Origin: an uncultured delta proteobacterium
Lineage (GTDB): Bacteria; Desulfobacterota; Binatia; UBA9968
Assembly: GCA_963840855.1 (NCBI GenBank)
Contig: CAWJBB010000065.1
Span: forward strand, 1 to 64,000
Reading direction: 5' to 3'
Length of the DNA: 64,000 nt
Shown here: positions 30,196 to 40,814 of the stretch, in pieces
How the letters are laid out: each line of letters opens with the position of its first letter
Position numbering within the stretch: position 1 is the first letter of the stretch
The notes under the pieces: generated by a model
Databases searched by the model: none
The model's input: the letters and a program-made list of their open reading frames with translations, nothing else
Told to the model about the DNA's origin: nothing
Position numbers and translations under genes: made by a program

Positions 30196-33012
30196 TCACT
30201 CCTCACCCCCTCCTCTACTCCCTTCCCTCCCCACCCCCTCCATCGGCACAGTGAAGCAGAACGTCGCGCCGCGATCGGGATTGTTGTTCTCTGCCCACAG
30301 ACGGCCGCCGTGAGCCTCGATGATGGAGCGACAGATGGAAAGCCCCATGCCCAGTCCGTCGCGCTTGGTGGTGTAAAAGGGCTGAAAAATCTTTTCAAAC
30401 TTATCACGGGTCAAGCCGGTCCCGTGGTCGCGAACGGCCACTTCCACTATACGACCGCCATTCTGGCCAGCCTCTATCACAACTTCTCGTTCGTTGGCGG
30501 GGCAATCTTTCATGGCATCAAACGCGTTGAGCAACAAGTTCAACAGGACCTGCTGCAACTGTACCTTGTCGCCCCGCACCATCGGCAGGCCCGGACGGAA
30601 TTCGAGCAACACACAAATATTGCGCAGAACAACATCGCTATGAACAAGCGTCACGATGTCTCCAATGACACTGGCAAGGTCGAGCGATTCGAACTCGAGT
30701 TCCTCCTTCCTGACGAGTGCGCGCATCCGACGGATGACCTCGCTCGCGCGGCTGTTATCCCGTACGATGTCCTTGAGAATCTCATGCACCTCCTCCATGT
30801 CGGCCGGGTTAGTCGCCATGAATCGCTGCGCCGCCTGCGCGTTACTGAGTATGGCTGTGAGCGGCTGGTTCAACTCATGGGCAAGCGACGCGGCCAGTTC
30901 GCCCATCGCGGAAATACGCGTCACGTGCGCGAGATTCTCGCGCTGCCGCCGCAGTTCTGATTCTGTCTCTTTACGCCGCGTGATGTCAGTGGACGCACCG
31001 AGCACCTGATTCGCAGAGCCGTCCTTTTCGATAATGGGGCGCTTCACGGTCTGCAACCAGCGCATTTGTCCGCGAGCGTCCGTTAAAGGCTCTTCCGGTA
31101 TGAAGCGTTCTTGCAACGTGTCCATGACCTCCAGGTCCATGCGGTGGAAGGACTCGACCTCCTCGCGGTTCGGATTGAAATCCGCATCGGTCTTGCCGAT
31201 CAGGTTGTCAACCGTCGTGCCGTACGCTTCTGCCACCGCCCGATTCACCAAGGTGAACCGACCCTCACGGTCTTTGGCAAAAATAAAGTTCGGATTGCTG
31301 TCAATGACCTGCCGGAGGAATGCCCGTTGGCTCTCCAGCGCCTCCGCCGCGCGTTTCCGATCGGTAATGTCGATAACCGAACCGATGTAACCGAGAAACG
31401 TGTTATCCAACCCAAAGCGCGGCACTCCACTATCCAGGACCCAGCCATATTCACCGTCATATCTCTTTAACCGATATTCCATCGTAAACTCTTGCCGCCC
31501 GCTGAACGCATTAACGTACACATCAAGACAGCGATCCAAGTCTTCTCGGTGCACGCCTTCCGCCCACCCATTGCCAAGTTCTTGCGCCAATGAACGGCCA
31601 GTAAAGTCGAGCCAGCCTCTGTTAAAAAAGGTACGGAGCTTATCCGTGCCCGACATCCAGATCATCACGGGAGCTGTATCAGCCATGACGCGAAAGCGCT
31701 CTTCGCTCTCGCGCAGCGCTTCCTCGACCTGCTTGCGTTCGCTAATATCGAGCATGAAGCCGCGCAGCTGCACTGGCTTTCCATTTCGGTGCTCGCATTT
31801 GACGATGTCGTGCACCCAGACGCTTTTCCCTGATGCTGCAATCATCCGATATTCGAATTCAAAGTTGTCGGCCATCTGGCTATTGGTCAAGCAAGCGTGG
31901 ATTGCAAATTCCTTATCGTCAGGATGAAGATGAGAAACCCAAAAATCCTCTTGATACCACTGTTCGATCGGATAGCCTAAAAGCCTTACGGCCTGGGGGC
32001 CAACATAAGTGAACACCCAAGTCTCGACATCGGCTTGCCATGGCACGGCTGTGGTAGTTTCAACCAGGCTACGCAAATTCTCCTCGCTCTCGCGGAGAGA
32101 TTCCTCTGCAGCTTTGCGCGCCAAAGCGTTGGCGAAGATTTCGCCGAGCAAGCGCTGCCTCTGCAACAACTCCGAGGGCATCTCATGCTCTTCCCAAACG
32201 GTGTTGAGGCCTAGAACGCCGATCACCCTTCCGCCCGTCACCATCGGGACGCTGTAGGAGGATCGCACGTGGTATTTCTCATAGGTGGCGCGATCGGTGC
32301 GCGCCGCCAGCGGCAGCATCTCCAGACTGCGCAGACAGACGTCGCGACCAGCGAACAATTCCTCAGCCGACCAGGGAAAATCCTTATCGGTGAGACCTGA
32401 GGGAATTTCCGGCACTCCCTCCGGTCTCCAGATGTAGGCGACTCGTCCCTGCCCGTCCCGTCCGGTGAATATGGATAACGCGGCGATATCGAACCTCAAC
32501 AACCTCGCAACCTGGCCCAGAGCTGAGACAATCTCGTCTTCCACATCCTCCGAAGGCAGGTTGATGAACGTGTTCGACAGCTCTGAAACCAGTTGTTCGA
32601 AGCGCAGACGTTCTTCCACTTTCTGTTGCACGAGGCGTCGTCGACGCCGCTCCCGGAGCAAGAAGCTAATTAAAACGGTCTGCAGAACGCACAGCCCCAA
32701 GACCAGAATAATCGGCCATTTATACCGCTCCCAGATCGTCGCTCGGCCAAACTCAACGATACTGCCGAGCAGCGGACGGTCCTGATAGATATCGACCGGC
32801 TCCCCCAACTCCCGGGCAAGCGTGGTGCGCAAAGCAGATGCGGCGCCATTGAAAGGGGCGACGTCGCGGCCAAAGGAATCGAGAATCAAGACTCTTTTGG
32901 GGGGAATATTGGCCGCGCCAAGCGCGTTCAGCATGAAAAGGGAAATCCCAACGATGGCTGACACCAGTACGAGCGATCCGGTTCGAGTCATTGGCGCGCG
33001 ATAAATCCTCAC
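30196..33012 (-). CDS. GAF/PAS sensor histidine kinase (periplasmic domain largely deleted)
   Basis: H-box ASLAHELNQPL, QVLLNLLLNA, DHGTG, GLGMGLSI; three PAS domains and a GAF. Confidence 0.9.
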   Translation of the reverse strand: MRIYRAPMTRTGSLVLVSAIVGISLFMLNALGAANIPPKRVLILDSFGRDVAPFNGAASALRTTLARELGEPVDIYQDRPLLGSIVEFGRATIWERYKWPIILVLGLCVLQTVLISFLLRERRRRRLVQQKVEERLRFEQLVSELSNTFINLPSEDVEDEIVSALGQVARLLRFDIAALSIFTGRDGQGRVAYIWRPEGVPEIPSGLTDKDFPWSAEELFAGRDVCLRSLEMLPLAARTDRATYEKYHVRSSYSVPMVTGGRVIGVLGLNTVWEEHEMPSELLQRQRLLGEIFANALARKAAEESLRESEENLRSLVETTTAVPWQADVETWVFTYVGPQAVRLLGYPIEQWYQEDFWVSHLHPDDKEFAIHACLTNSQMADNFEFEYRMIAASGKSVWVHDIVKCEHRNGKPVQLRGFMLDISERKQVEEALRESEERFRVMADTAPVMIWMSGTDKLRTFFNRGWLDFTGRSLAQELGNGWAEGVHREDLDRCLDVYVNAFSGRQEFTMEYRLKRYDGEYGWVLDSGVPRFGLDNTFLGYIGSVIDITDRKRAAEALESQRAFLRQVIDSNPNFIFAKDREGRFTLVNRAVAEAYGTTVDNLIGKTDADFNPNREEVESFHRMDLEVMDTLQERFIPEEPLTDARGQMRWLQTVKRPIIEKDGSANQVLGASTDITRRKETESELRRQRENLAHVTRISAMGELAASLAHELNQPLTAILSNAQAAQRFMATNPADMEEVHEILKDIVRDNSRASEVIRRMRALVRKEELEFESLDLASVIGDIVTLVHSDVVLRNICVLLEFRPGLPMVRGDKVQLQQVLLNLLLNAFDAMKDCPANEREVVIEAGQNGGRIVEVAVRDHGTGLTRDKFEKIFQPFYTTKRDGLGMGLSICRSIIEAHGGRLWAENNNPDRGATFCFTVPMEGVGREGSRGGGEE

Positions 33013-33293
33013 GGTAGATCAGTTCTTATCATGAAGAGCAAAGAAGGGAAGCGATGAGTATAGAAGCAGCAAGCTTTGTAAACCGGCAGCTGTGTTTTTT
33101 CCATATACCACGTCGGAAAAATGAGATTAATAGCCCCGACGAGCGGGCCGAAAGGTTTCCCTCCTGTGCGCGGCAAGCCTGTGCGCGGCAAGCCTTGACG
33201 CATTAGTTGTTAGCCCATAAGGTTCGAACCGGGGTTTGGTTTACTTTATGTAAACACCGCCTCTTGAGGCGCTAACAACGTTATGGGGCGAAG

Positions 33294-33415
33294 CTGTGAA
33301 AAAATCCGTTCATGGTTCGACAGGCTCACCACGAACGGTGTGGCACAGACGGAAATCTAAATAGTTAGCCGTTCGTCCTGAGCTCGTCGAAGGGCGGACG
33401 GCGATTTTTTCACAG
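33294..33415. mobile_element. MITE/REP-like element with 13-bp terminal IRs
   Basis: ctgtgaaaaaatc...gattttttcacag enclosing gttcatggttcgac..caccacgaacgg / ccgttcgtcctgagctcgtcgaaggg; relatives at ~40568, 54650 and 63912. Confidence 0.7.
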
Positions 33416-33460
33416 GTTCGGGTTCCAAAGGGGGGCGAGCGAAGGGCTTCGTTTATTTTG

Positions 33461-34477
33461 ATGATGGCTGTGCAAGGTTTCGGGAATTTAGGCGTTGGAG
33501 TCGACGGCACAACCTCCACAGCCGAGACTCTGGAGCTTGCCAAGGAGGCCGATGCTTTAGGTTTTCATAGCTTCTGGCTCTCCGAGGGATACCATACTAG
33601 AAGCGCGGTTGTGCGGGCTACGGTTATCGCGACCTCAACCAGCACGATACGGATAGGCCTAGGAATCCTCAGTCCCCACACAAAGCATCCCGCGCTACTC
33701 GCGATGGAGGCAGCTTCCCTTGATGAACTGGCTCGTGGGCGGGTAATCCTAGGTGTGGGAAGGGTCTTAAACGCTCTGCGGAAGCAGGGGCTGGAGCAAG
33801 CGGGAACCACGCAGCTAGTCAAGGAATCGATCGACCTCATCAGAGGATTCTTGAGCGGTCAATGGGTTCAATATAACGGCACTCGATTTAGCATTCCTGC
33901 GCCGGGCAGCCGGCTCGGACTCGAACCGTCCAAAGATTTACCAATCTACGTGGGCGCAACTGGGCCGGCAATGCTCCGGCTGGCTGGCGAGTACGCAGAC
34001 GGAGTCCTTTTCAACTATCCTTGCACCCCGGGCTTCATCGCATACGCAATGCCGTTCCTCGAGGAAGGACTCAGGCGCTCAGGCAGGACGATAGACAATT
34101 TTGATATCGCGGCATACCTGCTCGTCGGGGTGGACGCGGACGAGAAAAGAGCCCTGGGCGCCGCCAAGCAGTTCGTTGCGCAGAAGCTACCGTCCAGGCA
34201 TTCTCAGATGCTTCGACATGCAGGGGTAAGCGAGCCGGAGATCAGTCTCGCTAGAGACCGCCTGGAAAAGCTTGGCCTGGCGGGAGCGGCCGCGGCGCTT
34301 GATGATGCGCTGGCTCGCAAGGTCACGATCGCAGGCACTCCCGACCAAGTTATAGAAGGGCTAAGGCAATATCGCGGTTCAGGTCTTAAGCTACCGATTA
34401 TCTGGGAAATCATCGGCCCGAATCGGCGGCGTTCACTGAGCCTCATAGCTAAAGAGGTGATGCCGAGACTACTTTAG
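33461..34477 (+). CDS. LLM-class flavin/F420-dependent oxidoreductase (Mer-like)
   Basis: GFHSFWLSEG, LDELARGRVILGVG, PIYVGATGPAMLRLAGEYADGV, IAGTPDQV. Confidence 0.9.
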   Translation: MMAVQGFGNLGVGVDGTTSTAETLELAKEADALGFHSFWLSEGYHTRSAVVRATVIATSTSTIRIGLGILSPHTKHPALLAMEAASLDELARGRVILGVGRVLNALRKQGLEQAGTTQLVKESIDLIRGFLSGQWVQYNGTRFSIPAPGSRLGLEPSKDLPIYVGATGPAMLRLAGEYADGVLFNYPCTPGFIAYAMPFLEEGLRRSGRTIDNFDIAAYLLVGVDADEKRALGAAKQFVAQKLPSRHSQMLRHAGVSEPEISLARDRLEKLGLAGAAAALDDALARKVTIAGTPDQVIEGLRQYRGSGLKLPIIWEIIGPNRRRSLSLIAKEVMPRLL

Positions 34478-34529
34478 ACCGAAGGTACAGAGAGACACAG
34501 CACGTCCCAACGCCGTTTTGCTGTTTCGA

Positions 34530-34642
34530 ACTTTGCGTCTTGGCGACTTGGCGGGAGATATATCCGGATTCGGAGAAGAGTTATATCGCGCAAAGCATGT
34601 CCTGAGCCCTTCGGCTGTGCTCAGGATAAACTCCGTCGAAGG
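34530..34642. repeat. Intergenic REP-like composite repeat
   Basis: ctttgcgtcttggcgacttggcggga...catgtcctgagc..gtcgaaggg; units shared with 50975, 57764 and 59203. Confidence 0.6.
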
Positions 34643-34686
34643 GATTAACTTTTCAAAAGTATGAATCTGAGGAGGAAAAGCAAATA

Positions 34687-36984
34687 ATGGCTGAGTACAG
34701 GGTGATAGGCACTTCGGTAGAGCGAGTAGATGGTCCAGAGATGCTAACCGGTCAGGCTCTGTATGGACCTGATATGAAGCTGCCCAACATGTTGTGGGGA
34801 AAAATTTTACGGAGCCCGATACCGCACGGAAAAGTTCTGCGCGTCGACGTGGAAAAGGCAAAGAAACAGCCGGGGGTGAAGGCGGTGATTTGCGCGCGCG
34901 ACGTACCGGCGCGCCGATATGGATATGCGATCGAAGATGAATACATTTTTGCCATCGATAAAGTCGTCTATGTCGGACAACCGGTAGCGGCGGTAGCGGC
35001 GCTTGATGAGGAAACCGCCGAAGAAGCGCTGTCCTTGATCGATGTCGATTACGAGGAGTTACCGGCGGTCTTTGAGGCCGAGGAAGCCATCCGTGATGGC
35101 GCGCCGTTAGTTCATGAAGTAGACAAATACAACGCGAGATCCGTCTATCTGGCTTCCTGGCATCCGGTGCCCGGCACCAACATCATTCATCAAGCCTCCA
35201 ACCAACGCGGCGACGTAGAAGCGGCCCTGAAGAAGGCTGACTACGTTTTCGAAGACACTTTTCGCGCCAGCCAGATCCACCACAGCTACATGGAGCCCCA
35301 TGCGACACTCGTCGCGGTCCTCGGCGGCACGATTACCGTGTGGACCTGCTCCCAAGAAGTTTTTGAGCTGCGCACCGTCATGGCCGGCCTTTTCGACGTA
35401 CCGGAAAGCAAAATACGGGTGATCTGTACGAAGGTAGGCGGAGGATTCGGCGGAAAAATTGAACCGCGTCTTGAGCCGATCACCATCGCCCTGGCCATGA
35501 AGAGCGGCAAGCCGGTGAAAATCGTCATGACCAGGACGGACGAATTTACCGCAGCCGCCGGGTCGACGCCGGCATTGGTTAAACTCAAGACCGGCGTCAT
35601 GAAAGACGGGACTCTAGTCGCCAGAGATATCAGTTTTCTCTGGAATACCGGCGCCCACGCCGAAGGATTGGCGCCGAGCAATCGGGCCATGAAGGACGGC
35701 ATCGGCCCCTACCGGATCCCTGACATTCGTGTGACCTCCACTCTGGTATACACGAATAGGATTCGCGGCACGCAACTGCGGGGCTTGGGCGTGCCAGAGG
35801 GAGCGTGGGCCATAGAGTCGCAGATGGATATGATTGCCGAGCGGCTTGGCGTGGATTCGTTGGAGTTGCGGCTGAAAAATATACTTCACGAGGGTGATAT
35901 CAATGCTATAGGCGACGCCGTGCAGAGTATCGGCTTACGGGAATGTCTGGAAAAAGTCGCGGCAGAGATTGGCTGGGGAAAACCCAAACCAAGCAAGGTC
36001 GGGCGAGGCCTGGCGGTGATCGCCAAGTCGCCAACGACGCACTCGAGCATTTCCGGCGCCCATGTTCAGTTCAACGAGGACGGCAGTGCGCAGGTGCTGG
36101 TGGGAGCGTCCGAAATAGGCCAGGGCATGTGTGTGGTCTTATGCCAAATCGCAGCCGAAGCGCTCGGGATTCCGGTTGGGTCTGTGGGAATTACCTGCGC
36201 CGACACCGGCGCAACGCCCTACGACCGCGGGACATTCTCGAGTCGCGTCACGTTTTATACCGGCATGGCGGTCAAAAAAGCTGCCGAGGACGCGAAAAAG
36301 CAGCTCCTCGAAATGGCTTCGAAGATGGCTGAGATTCCAGAAAGCGACCTGGCTGTCGAGAACCAATGCGTTGTGTCGATGAAGCAACCGCAGTTTTCAC
36401 TCCCTTATAGAAAAGTTCTGGAGCAAGCTCACAATCGCGAGAAACCGATCCTGGGCAGGGGCTGGTACGGAGGAAAAGGCGATTACCCATCGCTCCCCCA
36501 CAAAGCGCAGGGAAAAGAATACGTGCCTGGCTGGAAATACGCGGCCCAAGCGGTGGAGGTCGAGGTCGATGACGAAACCGGAATGATCAAAGCCAGAAGA
36601 ATTGCCTCCGCTCACGATGTTGGCACGGCTCTCAATCCGCTGAGCGTCAGGGGTCAGATCACCGGTGGGGTCGTGATGGGACTTGGGTATGCGCTTCATG
36701 AAAGGCTGCAGTTTGAAGACGGGAGGGTCATCAATCCCTCGTTTATGGATTACAAGTTGCCGTCGGCTGAACAAATTCCAGAAATAGTTTCGATCCCTGT
36801 GGAGGTTCCACTGCCGGAAGGGCCCTATGGCGCCAAAGGCATTGGCGAGCTCGCAGTGGTTGGCATTGCTCCCGCCATCGGCAACGCGATCTACGATGCG
36901 TTAAAGGTAAGAATCAAGGAGCTGCCGCTTTTCCCGGAGCGCGTCCTCGCCGCTATTGAGAGTGGAGGCGCGAAAGATACGTGA
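34687..36984 (+). CDS. Xanthine dehydrogenase-family molybdopterin-binding subunit (L1)
   Basis: YMEPH, VGGGFGGK, QLRGLG, EIGQG, GQITGGVVMGLG, GPYGAKGIGE. Confidence 0.94.
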   Translation: MAEYRVIGTSVERVDGPEMLTGQALYGPDMKLPNMLWGKILRSPIPHGKVLRVDVEKAKKQPGVKAVICARDVPARRYGYAIEDEYIFAIDKVVYVGQPVAAVAALDEETAEEALSLIDVDYEELPAVFEAEEAIRDGAPLVHEVDKYNARSVYLASWHPVPGTNIIHQASNQRGDVEAALKKADYVFEDTFRASQIHHSYMEPHATLVAVLGGTITVWTCSQEVFELRTVMAGLFDVPESKIRVICTKVGGGFGGKIEPRLEPITIALAMKSGKPVKIVMTRTDEFTAAAGSTPALVKLKTGVMKDGTLVARDISFLWNTGAHAEGLAPSNRAMKDGIGPYRIPDIRVTSTLVYTNRIRGTQLRGLGVPEGAWAIESQMDMIAERLGVDSLELRLKNILHEGDINAIGDAVQSIGLRECLEKVAAEIGWGKPKPSKVGRGLAVIAKSPTTHSSISGAHVQFNEDGSAQVLVGASEIGQGMCVVLCQIAAEALGIPVGSVGITCADTGATPYDRGTFSSRVTFYTGMAVKKAAEDAKKQLLEMASKMAEIPESDLAVENQCVVSMKQPQFSLPYRKVLEQAHNREKPILGRGWYGGKGDYPSLPHKAQGKEYVPGWKYAAQAVEVEVDDETGMIKARRIASAHDVGTALNPLSVRGQITGGVVMGLGYALHERLQFEDGRVINPSFMDYKLPSAEQIPEIVSIPVEVPLPEGPYGAKGIGELAVVGIAPAIGNAIYDALKVRIKELPLFPERVLAAIESGGAKDT

Positions 36985-38439
36985 CTATCCGCCTCGACAA
37001 GTAAGAGATAATTGGCCGCGAACCGGCTTTTCGCCGCGGCAAGTCTCGACCCCGGCAAAAGGGACGGCTGTCAATGGAGGTTTGAGATGCCTTTCAAGGA
37101 TCTGAGAGAATTTTTGAAGTTACTTGAAGAAAAAGGCGAACTGCTCAAAACCAAAAAACCGGTTGATGTAAAGTTCGAAATTTCGTCGTACATCCGCAAG
37201 ACCAGCGATCAACATGGCCCGGCATTACTCTTCGAGAACGTCAAAAATTTCAATATGCCCGTAGTGGGCGGCGTCTTTGCCACGCGCGAGAGAGCTTTTC
37301 TCGCGCTGGAATCGTCGCCCCAAGACTATGTCAATCGATTTGAACACGCTCTGGACCATGTAGTGCCGCCAAAGTTGGTTTCGACCGCGCCGTGCAAGGA
37401 GGTTGTCCACACCGGCAAGGATGTCGACCTCACGCGGCTTCCCATACCGACTTTTTCGGAAAAGGATCCCGCGCCTTTCATTACGCTCGGCTTATGCATC
37501 AGTCGCGATCCGAAAGGGGGAGGGAAAAATACTTCCATATACAGGCTGCAGCTCAAAGGACGCAACCGGCTGGGAATCATGGCGCAGCAGCTGGTGCGCC
37601 AGCTCACCGAAGCTGAGTCCATCGGGAGGGGTCTACCCATCGCCATCGCCATCGGCACCGATCCGGTGCTTGCGCTCGCCACCCAGTGGATGGCGCCCTA
37701 CGGCACTGATGAGTTGGCCCTGGCCGGGGCGTTGCGAGGCGAGCCGGTGGCAGTGGTCAAGGCGGAAACGGTGGATCTCGAGGTGCCGGCCACGGCTGAA
37801 ATTATTATCGAGGGGATGGTTCTTCCCAACGTTCGGGAAGAAGAAGGGCCGTTCGGCGAAGTGTCGGGTTATTATACACCTGCGAATCCCAAGCCCATCA
37901 TTGAAGTGAGCGCGATCACACACCGCAGAGATCCGATCTATCAGGCCGCGCTCACAGGCATGCCAACCACGGAGAATCATGTTCTCAAGCAGCTGCCTCT
38001 GGAAGCGAGTTTTTATTGGCAGCTCAAAAAGGAATTTCCCGGTGTGACCGCGGTTCATTTTCCCGCCGCCGGCACCGTAGGCATGACTTGCGTGATCGCC
38101 ATGAATCAGGCGTACGAGTGCGAGGCGAGAAACGTCATCGCGGCGATGATCGGCACGCGCCGCAACAAGATCACTATTGTCGTCGATGACGATGTCGATA
38201 TCTTCGACATGGAAAAAGTCTGGTGGGCGATCGCTACTCGGACACAGGCCGATGAAGACGTGATCATTTTCCCCCGCGTGGTGGCGACGGCGATGGACCC
38301 CTCCGTGCGAAAGCTGCGCGTCGGCTCTAGTCTAGTTTCTGTCGCGAAACTCGCAACTCACTGCTAAATCAAGAATTTTTTACTTCTTAGTTTCATTTTT
38401 TACTTGACAAGCATGTATGCCTTATGGCACACATAGAAC

Positions 38440-38787
38440 ATGTCGCGCAAAACTGAAACTGCCGCCGATGTCGAGCAATGGTTCCAAAAACAAGCCGCAG
38501 GGCTGTGGCCGGCTGCGCTGGGGTCGTTGAGCCTGCGGCGAAGTCCCTGCGTGCGCGAACACTGCGCAGCCTGCCGTTCGGGCGAACAGCACCCCAGTCA
38601 TATCCTATACGTGCGCATTAAAGGACGCCGCTTTGCGATTTACATCCCAGAGCCATTGGTCCCAGAGATACGGCTTAGCCTCGACAACGGCCGTGTTCTT
38701 CAGGAGCTGCTGCATCAAACCGCTCTTCGATATACCAAAGCCCTCAAGCATCAAAGGACCACAAAGATTCAAAAGATCAAACCATGA
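38440..38787 (+). CDS. DUF6788-like Cys/His transposase-associated protein
   Basis: GSLSLRRSPCVREHCAACRSGEQHP..IYIP; its stop overlaps the transposase start (ATGA). Confidence 0.75.
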   Translation: MSRKTETAADVEQWFQKQAAGLWPAALGSLSLRRSPCVREHCAACRSGEQHPSHILYVRIKGRRFAIYIPEPLVPEIRLSLDNGRVLQELLHQTALRYTKALKHQRTTKIQKIKP

Positions 38788-40202
38788 CAAGAGTCGTCGA
38801 GCCGCAAGTCAGCTTCGCTGATCTGGAATTTCTCACTCAGGGGATCGATCTCGACCCGATTCTCAAGAGGATGTCCGACTTCCTCGATTATCGGCCACAG
38901 ATCATCGAGCCGGTGCGCCAAGATCTTCAGCGGGGTCTGAAAAAGCCTGCCACCGGCCGCACAGCCATGACCCCGGCGCAGGTGCTTCGGTCGCTGATCC
39001 TGATGCGAGTGAAGAACTGGGACTATCGGGAACTCAGCGAACGAATCGCTGACGGATACACGCTGCGCCGATTCACGGGTTTTTACAGCCGGCGCGTACC
39101 CAAGCATGACGCTTTCAATCGGGCCTTTAATAAACTTCACCCCAAAACCATACAAGCCATCAATGACTTGGTCCTTAAAGCTGCCGTCGATCTGGGACTG
39201 GAGGACGGCAAGAGACTGCGCGTCGATACGACGGTCACCGAAACCGATATCCATCATCCAACCGATAATACTTTGCTCTGGGATATAGTGCGCGTCCTGA
39301 CGCGGCTCATCGATCGTCTCGGAAAACTTCTTCCCAATGGGATCGATAACTTTACTAACCGCACACGCTGTGCACGGCGTCGCATGCAAGAGATCCAACG
39401 CATGACAGCGAGGCAACGCCACACCCAGCAAAAGGGTAAATATCGCCAACTCATCGGGACCACCGAGCAGGTCGTCCAAAATGCCCGAGGGGTGCTCGAA
39501 AAGACCAAAGATCAATGCGCTGTTGACCTGATGGACGACATTATCATTAACGAGCTTCGAAGAAAGATCGATCACTACTGCCAACTCGGCACCCGCGTCA
39601 TCGATCAGAGCAGCCGACGCGTGCTCAAGGGAGAGCAGGTTCCAACCGAGGAGAAAATCTACTCGATCTTTGAACCCCACAGTGATCTGATCAAGCGGGG
39701 GAAAGTACAAAAACCGATGGAGTTCGGCCACAAGATCTTTCTCGCTGAAAGTGCCCGCGGTTTGATCACCCAGTACCGCGTGCTTGAAGGTAATCCCTCC
39801 GATCACATCCACGTCACACCGTCGCTGAAGCGTCATCAGGAGACTTTCGGTTTGGCTCCCGATTGGTACAGTGGTGACCGCGGCTTTTTCAGCGCTGAGA
39901 ACATCAAAGCATGCCAGGATAGCACTGTGAAGCTCGTCTGCATTCCGCAGTGCGGTGGCAAAAGAACCTCCCAACGCGAAGCGCTCGAAAAGAGCTCAGA
40001 GTTCAAGAAAGGACAACGCTTCCGCGCAGGCATTGAGGGCCGCATATCCGTGCTCTTTCGCGGCCGCGGCATGAAGCGCTGTCTGGCCGAGGGACCTGAG
40101 CGCTTTGAGGTGTTGGTCGGCGCCGCTGTGCTTACCAACAACCTCATGAACATCGCTCACCTGTTAAACCAAAAGAACAAACGGCTACGACGAGCGGCGT
40201 AG
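38784..40202 (+). CDS. DDE transposase
   Basis: DUF772-like N-terminus, RVDTTV, KIYSIFEPH, EFGHK, GDRGF, RAGIEGRISVLFR. Confidence 0.92.
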   Translation: MTRVVEPQVSFADLEFLTQGIDLDPILKRMSDFLDYRPQIIEPVRQDLQRGLKKPATGRTAMTPAQVLRSLILMRVKNWDYRELSERIADGYTLRRFTGFYSRRVPKHDAFNRAFNKLHPKTIQAINDLVLKAAVDLGLEDGKRLRVDTTVTETDIHHPTDNTLLWDIVRVLTRLIDRLGKLLPNGIDNFTNRTRCARRRMQEIQRMTARQRHTQQKGKYRQLIGTTEQVVQNARGVLEKTKDQCAVDLMDDIIINELRRKIDHYCQLGTRVIDQSSRRVLKGEQVPTEEKIYSIFEPHSDLIKRGKVQKPMEFGHKIFLAESARGLITQYRVLEGNPSDHIHVTPSLKRHQETFGLAPDWYSGDRGFFSAENIKACQDSTVKLVCIPQCGGKRTSQREALEKSSEFKKGQRFRAGIEGRISVLFRGRGMKRCLAEGPERFEVLVGAAVLTNNLMNIAHLLNQKNKRLRRAA

Positions 40203-40629
40203 CCACTGTCGCTCTCAAACGTTCATTCGACGCTCCCTGGGCGTAGTCTTTTCTGCCATCACTGCGCGGTCCATCGAACACCCCACACGACTCTTTGCTG
40301 TCCACTTTCAGCTCAAAATGATACAACTATGTCAGAGAAAAAACTTGACCCATGTCGCACCCGTAAGATTTTTTGCGAGTTTCGCGACAGAAACTAGTCT
40401 AGGCATCGATGCCACCAAGCCCTTCGGCCAGCGCTTTCCGGAAATCGTCAAGGTGCCGGGCGTGGAGGGCGTTTCGCTGGATGATTTGAGGGACTGAGAA
40501 ATAATGAAGTTAACAAATGCATTGTCACGCCAGTGTCTGTCATCGCGGTCCTCGGGCTGCGCCAGACTGTGTGAAAACTCCGTTCATGGTTCGACTGGGC
40601 TCACCACGAACGGATATCGGACATTACAA

Positions 40630-40767
40630 ATGAAGCTCCTCGGAGCAAAGCTCCGAGGTATCTTTGCGAAATTCTCCGAAGCCCTTCCACCCTCCTTCGC
40701 CAAGGCTACGGAGGGTTCTCCTCACCTTCATCCTCGCAGCAAGCTGCGAGGTATTCGGCGAAGGAGA
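40630..40767 (-). mobile_element. PATE-like element, copy C, nested in a REP-like repeat
   Basis: Near-identical to copy A in reverse; target TTGAT; splits caccacgaacgg...ccgttcg. Confidence 0.8.
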
Positions 40768-40814
40768 ATCAAGCATATAACCGTTCGCCGCTCGTGATTC
40801 ACGAGGAAGATTAG

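Larger units (their letters stand above)
38336..40393 (+). mobile_element. Complete IS (DDE; ISNCY/IS5-like) with a small accessory ORF
   Basis: Perfect 21-bp IRs tttctgtcgcgaaactcgcaa; flanking direct repeat ctagtctag (38327-38335 / 40394-40402; exact IR/TSD boundary ambiguous). Confidence 0.92.
37087..40497 (+). pseudogene. UbiD-family decarboxylase interrupted near its 3' end by an IS
   Basis: DLREFL, EEGPFGE, VVDDDVD..WAIATR; removing the IS and one duplication restores VGSSLGIDATKPFGQRFPE...D* (stop 40495-40497). Confidence 0.9.

Noticed and set aside
33221-33232. tRNA-like GGTTCGAA T-loop
   Set aside because: No cloverleaf or acceptor stem can be built; the similar ggttcga in the REP-like repeats is also not tRNA.
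38769-39974. 401-aa ORF antisense to the transposase
   Set aside because: Mirror frame with no recognisable domain.
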